Assembly (NCBI GenBank): GCA_024277355.1
Contig: JAJRVL010000001.1
Span: 1 to 32,000 of the forward strand
DNA: 32,000 nucleotides
DNA from: an archaeon
GTDB taxonomy: Archaea; Iainarchaeota; Iainarchaeia; Iainarchaeales; 1-14-0-10-31-34
Direction: 5' to 3'
The first letter of the stretch is position 1; each line of letters starts with the position of its first letter. Position numbers and translations under genes: made by a program. The notes under the pieces were generated by a model. The model saw nothing but the letters and a program-made list of their open reading frames with translations, was not told the DNA's origin and made no database searches. Shown here piece after piece: positions 1-7,930 of this stretch.

Positions 1-774
1 ACCAACACAGGACCAAGAAACACAACACAAAAAGACTTTACAGTAAGTATAACTCCAACAGAATTAGTTGATGAATTGCCTTTTGTTTTAACTGTTAGTT
101 CTGATGCAAATCCTTTGCAAAACACAAAAATTTCTTATGCAAACCAAACATACTTCACAAACACACAAGGAACAGTAACACTAAAAACAAACCAAAACTA
201 TCCAACAATAACCCTAACAAGAACAGGCTATAGAACTCAAACAATTTCATTAAACATTAAAACACAATACTGCGGAAACTCAATTTGTGAAGAAAATGAA
301 TCTTATGAAAACTGTTCTCAAGACTGCAGTCAAAACTTATTAGATTTAATTATTTCAACTCAAACACAAGAAAACTTGTTAATAATTACAATAACTGATT
401 TACAGGGAAATCCTATAGAAAATACACAAATAAAATATGGAACACAAACAAAAAACAGTAATGCAAAAGGAACAGCAGAATTTACTGAATTAGAAGGAAC
501 ACAAAAAATCAGCATTTCAAAACAAGGATATAAAACAAAGACTTTGAATTATAATTCAACTGCAGAATGCATTGAAGGAACAACACAAATTTGTGTTAGC
601 TCAGAAAACTGCGAAGGAACACAAACCTGCATTAATGGAAACTGGAGTTCCTGTGAAAACACAGAAAACTCCTGTCCAGCAACAAAAACAAACCCACTAA
701 CAACAACAATACTAGCAACAATACTAATAATAGGAATAATTATTTTGGTTATAACAAAAATGCAGACAAATTAA
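1..774 (+). CDS. Partial (5' end outside window) secreted/surface protein: two carboxypeptidase-regulatory/PEGA-like beta repeats, Cys-rich motifs, C-terminal TM helix
   Basis: Frame 1 is open from base 1 through the listed ORF, so the listed TTG start at 76 is an artefact. Repeated 'G-TxxxxTxTGYRTQTISLNI' / 'KISISKQGYKTKTLNYN' units; CGNSICEENESYENCSQDC; C-terminal hydrophobic helix TTTILATILIIGIIILVITK. Confidence 0.7.
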   Translation, partial: TNTGPRNTTQKDFTVSITPTELVDELPFVLTVSSDANPLQNTKISYANQTYFTNTQGTVTLKTNQNYPTITLTRTGYRTQTISLNIKTQYCGNSICEENESYENCSQDCSQNLLDLIISTQTQENLLIITITDLQGNPIENTQIKYGTQTKNSNAKGTAEFTELEGTQKISISKQGYKTKTLNYNSTAECIEGTTQICVSSENCEGTQTCINGNWSSCENTENSCPATKTNPLTTTILATILIIGIIILVITKMQTN

Positions 775-832
775 AGCATTGCTTTTTAAATTATTAATTC
801 CTTTTTTTTAGCGTATGAAGTATTCCAGAAAA

Positions 833-2332
833 ATGAAAATAAAATTTATTGATATTGAAGCAGGCAAACTGATTTCAATTATCCATGAAAAAGACGCAAA
901 AGAATTAGGTATTTTTCCTTTAGACAGAATTGAATTAATTAACCCTAAAACAAAAAGAAAAATTATTACTGTTGCAGACATAACTGATTCAATAGTTAAA
1001 GAAAAAGAAATTGGATTGTTTAAAGATGTATCTAAAAGTTTAGGTTTAAAGAAAAAAACTGAAATTAATGTAACTCCTGTTTCTATTCCTGAAAGCGTTA
1101 AATTTATTAAGAAAAAAATGGATGGAAATTCATTAAATGAAAAAGAAATACAAAAAATTGTTGAAGACTTATCTAATAATCATTTATCCCAAATTGAAGC
1201 AAGTGCTTTTGTTTCAGCTGTTTATATAAATGGATTTAATTTGCAGGAAACAATTGCAATGACTAAAGCTTTAGTTGAAGGCGGAAAAAAATTAAATTTA
1301 AATAAAAAATTTGTTGTAGATAAACATTCAATTGGAGGAATAAATGGAAGAGCTACAATGATTATTGTGCCAATTGTTGCCTGTAATGAATTGTTTATTC
1401 CAAAAACTTCTTCAAGGAGCATTACTTCTGCCTCAGGAACAGCAGATTCAATGGAAGTATTAACTAAAGTTGAATTATCTCTTAAAAAAATAAAAAAAAT
1501 AACTCAAAAAATAGGAGGAGTAATTGCATGGGGCGGTTCACTTGAATTAGCTCCAGGTGACGACAAAATAATTGAAATTGAACATCCATTAAACTTAGAT
1601 CCTCCAGGGCAGGTTATTGCTTCAGTGATGGCAAAAAAAGTAAGTGTAGGAACAAAATATTTGGTTATTGATATTCCTGTAGGAGAACACACTAAAGTTA
1701 AAACAAAAGAAAATGCAGAAAACATTGCAAAAAAATTCCTTGAAGTATCAAAAGAAATGAAAATAAAAACTGAAGTACTGCTTACAGACGGAACAAAAGC
1801 AAACGGGCCTGCTTTTGGTGCAGCATTAGAAGCAAAACATGCAATGGAAATATTAGAAGGAAAAGTATTTGATAATTTAGCACAAAAATCCTGCCAGTTA
1901 GCAGGCGCTTTATTTGAATTAACAGGAAAAACAAAAAAGGGAAAAGGTTATGAAAAAGCAGTTGAATTACTTAAAAATGGAAAAGCCTTAAAGAAAATGC
2001 AGGAAATAATTAAAGCTCAAGGCGGAAAAATTATTTCATCAAAACAAATAAAATTAAGTTCAAAAAAAATTGAAATTAAAGCAAACAAAAGCGGAAAAAT
2101 TGAAAGAATTGATTTAACTGCATTAAAAGAAATAGCAAGAACTTCAGGGGCGCCGGCAGATAAAAAAGCAGGATTATTATTAAAAGTAGAAGAAGATGAC
2201 ATAATAAAAAAAGGCCAAATAGTATTTGAAATTCATGGAACAAATGAAAGAAAACTAAAAGTTGCAGAAGAAAAAGCAATAAAAAATAATCCAATTAAAT
2301 TAGGAAATGTAATAATAGAAAAAATTCAATGA
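833..2332 (+). CDS. deoA: AMP phosphorylase / thymidine phosphorylase family (archaeal AMP degradation pathway)
   Basis: KHSIGGINGRATMIIVPIVACNELFIPKTSSRSITSASGTADSMEVL and GGVIAWGGSLELAPGDDKIIEIEHPLNLDP are family signatures; ORF opens at 815 but MKIKFIDIEAG (833) is a more family-like start. Confidence 0.88.
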   Translation: MKIKFIDIEAGKLISIIHEKDAKELGIFPLDRIELINPKTKRKIITVADITDSIVKEKEIGLFKDVSKSLGLKKKTEINVTPVSIPESVKFIKKKMDGNSLNEKEIQKIVEDLSNNHLSQIEASAFVSAVYINGFNLQETIAMTKALVEGGKKLNLNKKFVVDKHSIGGINGRATMIIVPIVACNELFIPKTSSRSITSASGTADSMEVLTKVELSLKKIKKITQKIGGVIAWGGSLELAPGDDKIIEIEHPLNLDPPGQVIASVMAKKVSVGTKYLVIDIPVGEHTKVKTKENAENIAKKFLEVSKEMKIKTEVLLTDGTKANGPAFGAALEAKHAMEILEGKVFDNLAQKSCQLAGALFELTGKTKKGKGYEKAVELLKNGKALKKMQEIIKAQGGKIISSKQIKLSSKKIEIKANKSGKIERIDLTALKEIARTSGAPADKKAGLLLKVEEDDIIKKGQIVFEIHGTNERKLKVAEEKAIKNNPIKLGNVIIEKIQ

Positions 2333-2334
2333 AA

Positions 2335-3138
2335 TTATTTTGTTAAAAAAGAAAACAATTCAATGAAATCTTTTGTTTCCATTAAATAAATTTTTTCAGA
2401 AAAATCTGTTTTTACAGCATTCTTTTTTATTTTTTCTTTTATTTTTTTATTTAATTTCATTAAAGGAACTGCCTTACTTAAAGCAGAAACAAAAGTTCTG
2501 TTCCTGAATCTGAATAAAATTTTTACAAACTCAAAAAAATCTTTTTTGTTTTTTATTTTTGTTTTGTTTCTTTTAGTTAACTTAATTAAAAAGAAGTCTC
2601 CTGAAGTAGGAGGAAAAAAGAAATTTGGTTTAACTTCAGTTACTTCTTTTATTTCAAAAAAACAGTCAGTTAAAACTGAAAGAAAATTATATTCAACAAA
2701 ACCCGGTTCAGCTAAAACTTTTTCTGAAAAATCTTTATGCAAAAGCAAAACTATTAAATCAAAATCAAAAAAAAGAAGTTTAAAGAAAGTTTCAGAAGAA
2801 TCTTTTTGCGGAACAAAAGAAAAACATTTGTTTGAATTAATTTTTTTTGAAAAATCAAATAAAGGAATTAATTCAGCTTTAGTTAATTCATTTTTAATTA
2901 AAGGAATTAATTCTTTTCTTTTTTCATAAACTTTTAAGTTTGCTTTAATTAAAATTTTTCTTGCAGTAAAAAATTCTCCTGCAAAAACTTCAAAGACTTT
3001 ATCGGATTTCTTTAAGTTAAGCATTAAAAGAATTTCATTAATTAGTTTTTCTTTTATTATGAAATGAATTCCTGAACCTTTTTTTGGATAAAAACGGTGC
3101 TTTAAAATTAAATTATTTAATTCAAGAAACAAATTCAT
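2335..3138 (-). CDS. KsgA/Dim1-family rRNA adenine dimethyltransferase homologue with degenerate SAM and catalytic motifs
   Basis: Family-like framework (FYPKKGSGIHFIIKEKLINEILLML..., FFDFDLIVLLLHKDFSEKVLAEPGFVEYNFLSVLTDCFFEIKEVTEVKPNFFFPPTSGDFFLIKL, FFEFVKILFRFRNRTFVSALSKA) and position next to DUF655; motif I and NLPY not recognisable. Confidence 0.75.
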   Translation of the reverse strand: MNLFLELNNLILKHRFYPKKGSGIHFIIKEKLINEILLMLNLKKSDKVFEVFAGEFFTARKILIKANLKVYEKRKELIPLIKNELTKAELIPLFDFSKKINSNKCFSFVPQKDSSETFFKLLFFDFDLIVLLLHKDFSEKVLAEPGFVEYNFLSVLTDCFFEIKEVTEVKPNFFFPPTSGDFFLIKLTKRNKTKIKNKKDFFEFVKILFRFRNRTFVSALSKAVPLMKLNKKIKEKIKKNAVKTDFSEKIYLMETKDFIELFSFLTK

Positions 3139-3143
3139 TTAAA

Positions 3144-3707
3144 TCAACGAAAGCTTCTTTCTTCTTTTGCAGGGGGTCTGACAAAAACATAATATTTCAG
3201 TTTATCATCTTCTAATTCCAGTATTACCCGTTTAACTATAAGTTTTGCCGGATCAGGCATTAAATTAACTCTTTCAGTTATTTCTTTAAATGACTCAAAA
3301 GGTTTTGTTTCTCTTTCTTTAAGCATTTCAAATAAATGTTTTTTTCCTAAGCCAGGCAGTAATTCTAATTGATGCATTCTTAAAGACAAAGAACCTGATT
3401 TATTAAAAAAATCAAGAAATTTACCTGAATTTTCTTTTACAATTAATTCAATTGCTTTTTCTATTTCTGAAACAGCAGTATTAGTTAATTCATCAAAAGA
3501 AACTCTTTTTTTAATAAACTGAATTTCATCTCTTTTATCTTTTCCAATATAAACTTTCTGCAAAACTTTAAGAGAATTAGAAGGAATAACTTCAAGTAAA
3601 GTAAAAAATTCAATTCCAAGAACTTGGGCTAAAGGTTCTGCTTTGAAGTTGCTGCTTTTGCCTGTAGGCAGATAATCCAAAACTATTGCATTTTCTTCGT
3701 TTGGCAT
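3144..3707 (-). CDS. DUF655 family archaeal protein (HhH-like)
   Basis: AIVLDYLPTGKS start, 'LRMHQLELLPGLGKKHLFEMLKERETKPFESFKEITERV' and its position between ksgA-like and rpoF. Confidence 0.88.
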   Translation of the reverse strand: MPNEENAIVLDYLPTGKSSNFKAEPLAQVLGIEFFTLLEVIPSNSLKVLQKVYIGKDKRDEIQFIKKRVSFDELTNTAVSEIEKAIELIVKENSGKFLDFFNKSGSLSLRMHQLELLPGLGKKHLFEMLKERETKPFESFKEITERVNLMPDPAKLIVKRVILELEDDKLKYYVFVRPPAKEERSFR

Positions 3708-3748
3708 AATTTAACAACTCCATTTTAATCTACTTTACTTTTTTTTAT

Positions 3749-4111
3749 TCATTTACTTTTTTTTGTTTTTGATTCTGGTGTATAATATGATTTAATTGAT
3801 TTTAATATTTTTGCTATATCTTCATCTGAAATTTTAATGTTTTTTCCTATAACCAAAGATAAAATTTCTTCATTTTGAGGAAGCAAATCAACTATTTTAA
3901 TTGCTACTTCATTAGTCATGCCTTCAATTTTCTTTAATTCTTCCATTAATTTTTCTGTTTTAGTTCTTGGAAGTTTAGAAAATTTATCTGCATATTTTAA
4001 AGTTAAACTTTGTTCATAAGTTAATTCTCCTTCTTTGGCTAATTCCTTTAATAATTCTTTTACTTTAACCAAAGGAATCTGATTAACTGATAAAACTTTT
4101 TCATTCATCAT
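3749..4111 (-). CDS. rpoF: DNA-directed RNA polymerase subunit Rpb4/RpoF
   Basis: Rpb4-like helical protein (VKVKELLKELAKEGELTYEQSLTLKYADKFSKLPRTKTEKLMEELKKIEGMTNEVAIKIVDLLPQNEEIL) and conserved rpl21e-rpoF-DUF655 order. Confidence 0.88.
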   Translation of the reverse strand: MMNEKVLSVNQIPLVKVKELLKELAKEGELTYEQSLTLKYADKFSKLPRTKTEKLMEELKKIEGMTNEVAIKIVDLLPQNEEILSLVIGKNIKISDEDIAKILKSIKSYYTPESKTKKSK

Positions 4112-4410
4112 TTTGCTTTCACCTGCATTTTTAATTCCTTTAAATGGGCTGGATGAACAATTAATTGTTTTGCTTTATTCCCATCCTTTAAATTAACAAC
4201 ATAACTTCTTCCTCTTTTTTCAGCAACTCTTCCAGTTTTACCTTGGAATCTTCTGAAAGGAATTCCTGCATGGATTCTTGAATTAATATGAATCTGAACA
4301 GTCTGTCCTTTATCTAACTCTGCAAGCATTTTGTTTACAGTAGTTCTTTCTTTTCTTTTAAGAGTATCTCTTTGTTTTGCTCTTTTTCCTTTTGCTTTCT
4401 TGTTTGGCAT
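4108..4410 (-). CDS. rpl21e: 50S ribosomal protein L21e
   Basis: GKTVQIHINSRIHAGIPFRRFQGKTGRVAEKRGRSYVVNLKDGNKAKQLIVHPAHLK is typical of L21e (translated as ...QTVQIHINSRIHAG...); overlaps the rpoF start by 4 nt. Confidence 0.92.
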   Translation of the reverse strand: MPNKKAKGKRAKQRDTLKRKERTTVNKMLAELDKGQTVQIHINSRIHAGIPFRRFQGKTGRVAEKRGRSYVVNLKDGNKAKQLIVHPAHLKELKMQVKAK

Positions 4411-4433
4411 AATATATCACCTAAAAATGTCTA

Positions 4434-4472
4434 AGTAAGTCTTACTAATAAATGAAAGATAACGTTTAAATA
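4434..4472 (-). promoter_or_regulatory. Putative promoter/leader of the rpl21e operon: TATA-like element and a 6-bp palindrome
   Basis: Minus-strand CTATTTAAACG around 4462-4472 upstream of rpl21e; AGTAAG-T-CTTACT perfect 6-bp arms at 4434-4446. Confidence 0.4.
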
Positions 4473-4576
4473 GGTAATTAAAAGCAGTATTTTTCCAGAA
4501 AAAAAACAAACAAAGCGTAAAAGAAAAAATTTAGATTTAGAATTCATTTTAAGTGCAAAGCCAAGCCCTTTCCACC

Positions 4577-4632
4577 CTTTTTAAATACCTTTTTAAAGGT
4601 TTAGTTAGCTTTTTATATAAGCTTTTTAAAGG
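4577..4632 (+). promoter_or_regulatory. Promoter region of the TBP gene with four TATA-like boxes
   Basis: CTTTTTAAA (4577), CTTTTTAAAGG (4589-4599), CTTTTTATATAAG (4609-4621), CTTTTTAAAGG (4622-4632), about 48-103 nt upstream of the ATG at 4680. Confidence 0.5.
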
Positions 4633-4679
4633 GGTTTAAACATAACCTTTAATCAAATTTTTTGTCGGGGGATTAAAAA

Positions 4680-5444
4680 ATGGAATATCAAATTGTTAAT
4701 TTAGTTGCTTCAGCAGCAATGAATGCTACTTTAGATTTATATAATTTAGCAGTAAGCGTACCAAATATAGAATATGAACCAGAACAATTTCCAGGAGCAA
4801 TATTAAAACTAAAAGAACCAAAAGTTTCAATGCTTTTATTCAAAAACGGAAAAGTAATTTGTTCAGGTGCTTCAAGCGAAAAAGAAATTGAATTAGGAAT
4901 AATTAAAGCATCAAAATTAATTCACGAAATTCAGCCTTCAGTTAAAGTACTAAAAAAAGTTAAATACACAGTAGTAAATTTAGTTGCAACAGCAAACTTG
5001 CACCAGCAATTGGATTTGTTTAATACTGCATTAAATTTAGATGACGTCGAATATGAACCAGAACAATTTCCAGGAGCAATATTAAGATTAAGTGACCCAA
5101 AAATTACTTTGCTTTTATTCAAAAACGGAAAAGTAATTTGTGCAGGAGCAAAACAAGAAGAAGACTTAAAAAAAGGATTAGAAAAAGCAGCAAAATTAGT
5201 CGGCAAAGTAAACAAAAAAGTAAAAAACCCAGCATTCTCTGACAGCTTACCTGCACCGCCAAATTTTAGTGAAATAAAATCAAAACCAGTTAAAGATAAA
5301 CCAAAAACAGTTTCAAAACCAAAGAAAACAATTAAAGCTAAACCAAAAACAGTCAAAAAAACTAAAGCAAAACCAGTAAAAAAAGTTAAATCAGTAAAGA
5401 AAAAACCAGTTAAAAAGAAAACTGTTAAGAAAAAGAAAAAATAA
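4680..5444 (+). CDS. tbp: TATA-binding protein (TBP) with about 70-residue Lys/Pro-rich C-terminal extension
   Basis: Two TBP direct repeats: NIEYEPEQFPGAILKLKEPKVSMLLFKNGKVICSGA and DVEYEPEQFPGAILRLSDPKITLLLFKNGKVICAGA; GGGG-containing SD-like sequence upstream of the ATG. Confidence 0.95.
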   Translation: MEYQIVNLVASAAMNATLDLYNLAVSVPNIEYEPEQFPGAILKLKEPKVSMLLFKNGKVICSGASSEKEIELGIIKASKLIHEIQPSVKVLKKVKYTVVNLVATANLHQQLDLFNTALNLDDVEYEPEQFPGAILRLSDPKITLLLFKNGKVICAGAKQEEDLKKGLEKAAKLVGKVNKKVKNPAFSDSLPAPPNFSEIKSKPVKDKPKTVSKPKKTIKAKPKTVKKTKAKPVKKVKSVKKKPVKKKTVKKKKK

Positions 5445-5489
5445 GGTCTTCAAAAGCCTTTTTATTTCTTTCTTTTCATAAAATAATAC

Positions 5490-5607
5490 GATTAGCGGTC
5501 ATAGCAGAAGGGAAACACCTGGACTCATTCCGAACCCAGAAGTTAAGCCTTCAAGCGATTTGGTTTGCACTGGATTTTTATTTGGAGCATCCATGACGCT
5601 GCTAATC
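5490..5607 (+). rRNA. rrf: 5S ribosomal RNA
   Basis: GATTAGCGGTCATAG...GGGAAACACCTGGACTCATTCCGAACCCAGAAGTTAAGCC...ATGACGCTGCTAATC; terminal GATTAGC/GCTAATC helix and canonical loop sequences; 118 nt. Confidence 0.93.
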
Positions 5608-5737
5608 ACTTTTGATTCTAATTTTTTTTTAATTTAACAACTAATTATACTTATTAACAAAGTTGTAATTCAATTTTTCATCAGAAACTACAAAGACAAC
5701 TTTAATATATTAGTTTAATCTAATTAATTATGATTTT

Positions 5738-7927
5738 ATGATTTTAATAAAAAGAATATTACTCTTAAGTTTTGTTTTGTTGTTAGTTTTTGTTGGTTTT
5801 GCTTTAGCACGTCCTGAAATCAGCGGAGAACTTGAATTAGAACTTTTAAATAAAGGTATTAACGAACCTTTGCCAGCAGTAATTGTGTTGAATAAAGCAA
5901 TTGAACCTCATGAACTAAGAGTCCTAAAAGCAATTGGAATAGAAATAGATAAAACGTCTTACAGTGATGTTATTTTTGGAAATCTTTCATGGAAAATGCT
6001 TGAAAAACTAAAAGACAAAGAATATCTTTCGGCTATTGGTTCAGATTTTGAAATAAATGCATTAGCTAACGGAAAAACTGAAATTGGTTTTGATAAATTA
6101 CTTGAATTAAACATTACAAAAGAAGAAAACTTTGGAAAAAATATTACTGTTGCAGTTCTTGATTCAGGCATAAACAATAACAACAACTTAAATTTAATTC
6201 AGGAAATTGATTTTACAGGAGAAGGAGTAATAGATTCTCTTGGGCACGGAACAGTCATAGCTGAAGTAATTGGGTCAAATAATACTGTAAACAAAGGAAT
6301 TGCATTTAATTCTCAGATTATTAGTTTAAAAGTTTTAGATTCAACAGGAAAAGGAAGAGCCTCAAATGCCGTTAAAGCAATTGAATGGGCAATAAAAAAT
6401 AAAGTTAAAGTAGTAAATTTAGGTTTTGGAGGAATAATAAGCAACTGTGGAAATGACATTTTGTCAAAAGCAGTGAATAAAGCAGCAGAAAAAGGAATTT
6501 TAGTTATAGTTGCAGCAGGAAACCCGGAAATTGAAGGAATAATGAGTCCTGCTTGTGCAGAAAAAGCAATGGCTGTTGGTTCAATGACAGCTACAGCAAA
6601 AAATTTTCCTGACATAGTTGCTCCAAACCAAGAAATTTCAGGAACAAGCATTTCAAGTGCTTATGTTTCAGGAACAGCCGCATTATTGTTAAGTGCAAAA
6701 CCAGAAACAAGCAATAAAGAATTAAAAGAAATATTATTTGAAACAGCAGATGACATTAACCTTCCAATGGAATTTCAAGGTTTTGGAAAAATAAATGCAT
6801 TTAATGCATACATAAAATTAGTGGGGTTAACTATTGCTGACTTAAATATAGATTTAAATATTTTAGATAAAAATTTTCTTAAATCAAATAACTTTGAAAA
6901 ACTTTCAAGAGAAGAACAGAAAAAAATAGAAAAAATTTTAAATAAAAAAGACAAAACAGAAAAAAAAGAAAAAATAATAAGTAAATTACCTAAAATAAAA
7001 GAAAGCCCAGGAACACTCTTTTATGGAATTCAGAAGTTTTTGGAAGAAGTTGACTTGCTTTTAACTTTTGACGAAAAAACTAAAGCAGAAAAAAAATTAA
7101 AGTTAGCAAATTTGAGGTTAAGTGAATTAATAGAAATAGACAAAAAACAAGAAACTTCATTTAACAGACAGCTTTTTAAAGAATTTAAAGAAAACCTTAA
7201 CAAAGCATTAACAATTGCAGAAGACGTTTCTGAAATACAGGAAAACGTTGCAGAACAAGCAATTGAAAATATTGAATTAATTGAATTCATGGAATTAAAT
7301 GAAGAAACACAAGATGTCTCTGAAAAAGCTTTGAGTTTAGTTGATAGATTTGCAGCAACAAAACCAGAAAAAGCAGCTGAATTATATTTCAAGTTATCTG
7401 AAAAAATGCTTGAAAAACTTGAAGAAAAAGAAAATAAAGAATTAGCAGAAGACTATGAAAAAACAATTGCAAAAACCCAAAAAGCTGTTGAAAAAGCAAA
7501 AGATGAAGGAAAAAATGTAAAACAACTTGAACAAAAAATTAAAATAATGACTGAAAAAGAAATTGAAAAATTAACTGAAAAACACAAAAAAATTTTAGAA
7601 ATCAATGAAGAAATACAAAAAGCAATTGAAAAAACGAGAGAAGAAACAGAAAAAGAATCATTTAAAGAATTAGGTATAGAAATAGAAAAACAAAAGAAAT
7701 TAGTTGAAGAACAAGCAAGAATTGAATCAGAAAAAGATAACAGCAGTGGAACAGGAGATGGAAATGGTCAGAGCGGTGATGGAGACAGCAGTGACGGAGG
7801 AGATAATAGCGATTCTGAAGGAGACAGCGGAAATAGCAATGGAGATAATAGCGGACAAGGAAATAATGGCGATTCCGGAGGAGACAATGGAGACAGCGAG
7901 GACAATAGCGGACACGGAGGACAATAA
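5738..7927 (+). CDS. Secreted subtilisin-like (S8) serine protease with C-terminal DUF5667-like coiled-coil region and Gly/Asp/Asn/Ser-rich tail
   Basis: Signal peptide; catalytic Asp (NITVAVLDSGI), His (LGHGTVIAEV) and Ser (ISGTSISSAYVSGTAAL) boxes; AAGNPE; 'SPGTLFYGIQKFLEEVDLLLTFDEKTKAEKKLKLANLRLSELIE' resembles DUF5667. Confidence 0.87.
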   Translation: MILIKRILLLSFVLLLVFVGFALARPEISGELELELLNKGINEPLPAVIVLNKAIEPHELRVLKAIGIEIDKTSYSDVIFGNLSWKMLEKLKDKEYLSAIGSDFEINALANGKTEIGFDKLLELNITKEENFGKNITVAVLDSGINNNNNLNLIQEIDFTGEGVIDSLGHGTVIAEVIGSNNTVNKGIAFNSQIISLKVLDSTGKGRASNAVKAIEWAIKNKVKVVNLGFGGIISNCGNDILSKAVNKAAEKGILVIVAAGNPEIEGIMSPACAEKAMAVGSMTATAKNFPDIVAPNQEISGTSISSAYVSGTAALLLSAKPETSNKELKEILFETADDINLPMEFQGFGKINAFNAYIKLVGLTIADLNIDLNILDKNFLKSNNFEKLSREEQKKIEKILNKKDKTEKKEKIISKLPKIKESPGTLFYGIQKFLEEVDLLLTFDEKTKAEKKLKLANLRLSELIEIDKKQETSFNRQLFKEFKENLNKALTIAEDVSEIQENVAEQAIENIELIEFMELNEETQDVSEKALSLVDRFAATKPEKAAELYFKLSEKMLEKLEEKENKELAEDYEKTIAKTQKAVEKAKDEGKNVKQLEQKIKIMTEKEIEKLTEKHKKILEINEEIQKAIEKTREETEKESFKELGIEIEKQKKLVEEQARIESEKDNSSGTGDGNGQSGDGDSSDGGDNSDSEGDSGNSNGDNSGQGNNGDSGGDNGDSEDNSGHGGQ

Positions 7928-7930
7928 AAA

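Noticed and set aside
2546-2929. Plus-strand 127-aa ORF opposite the ksgA-like gene
   Set aside because: Complement of an AT-rich coding strand, basic low-complexity protein; the minus-strand frame matches the KsgA fold framework and operon order.
4931-5356. Minus-strand 141-aa ORF opposite TBP
   Set aside because: Shadow of a confident TBP reading frame; hydrophobic composition arises from antisense Lys codons.
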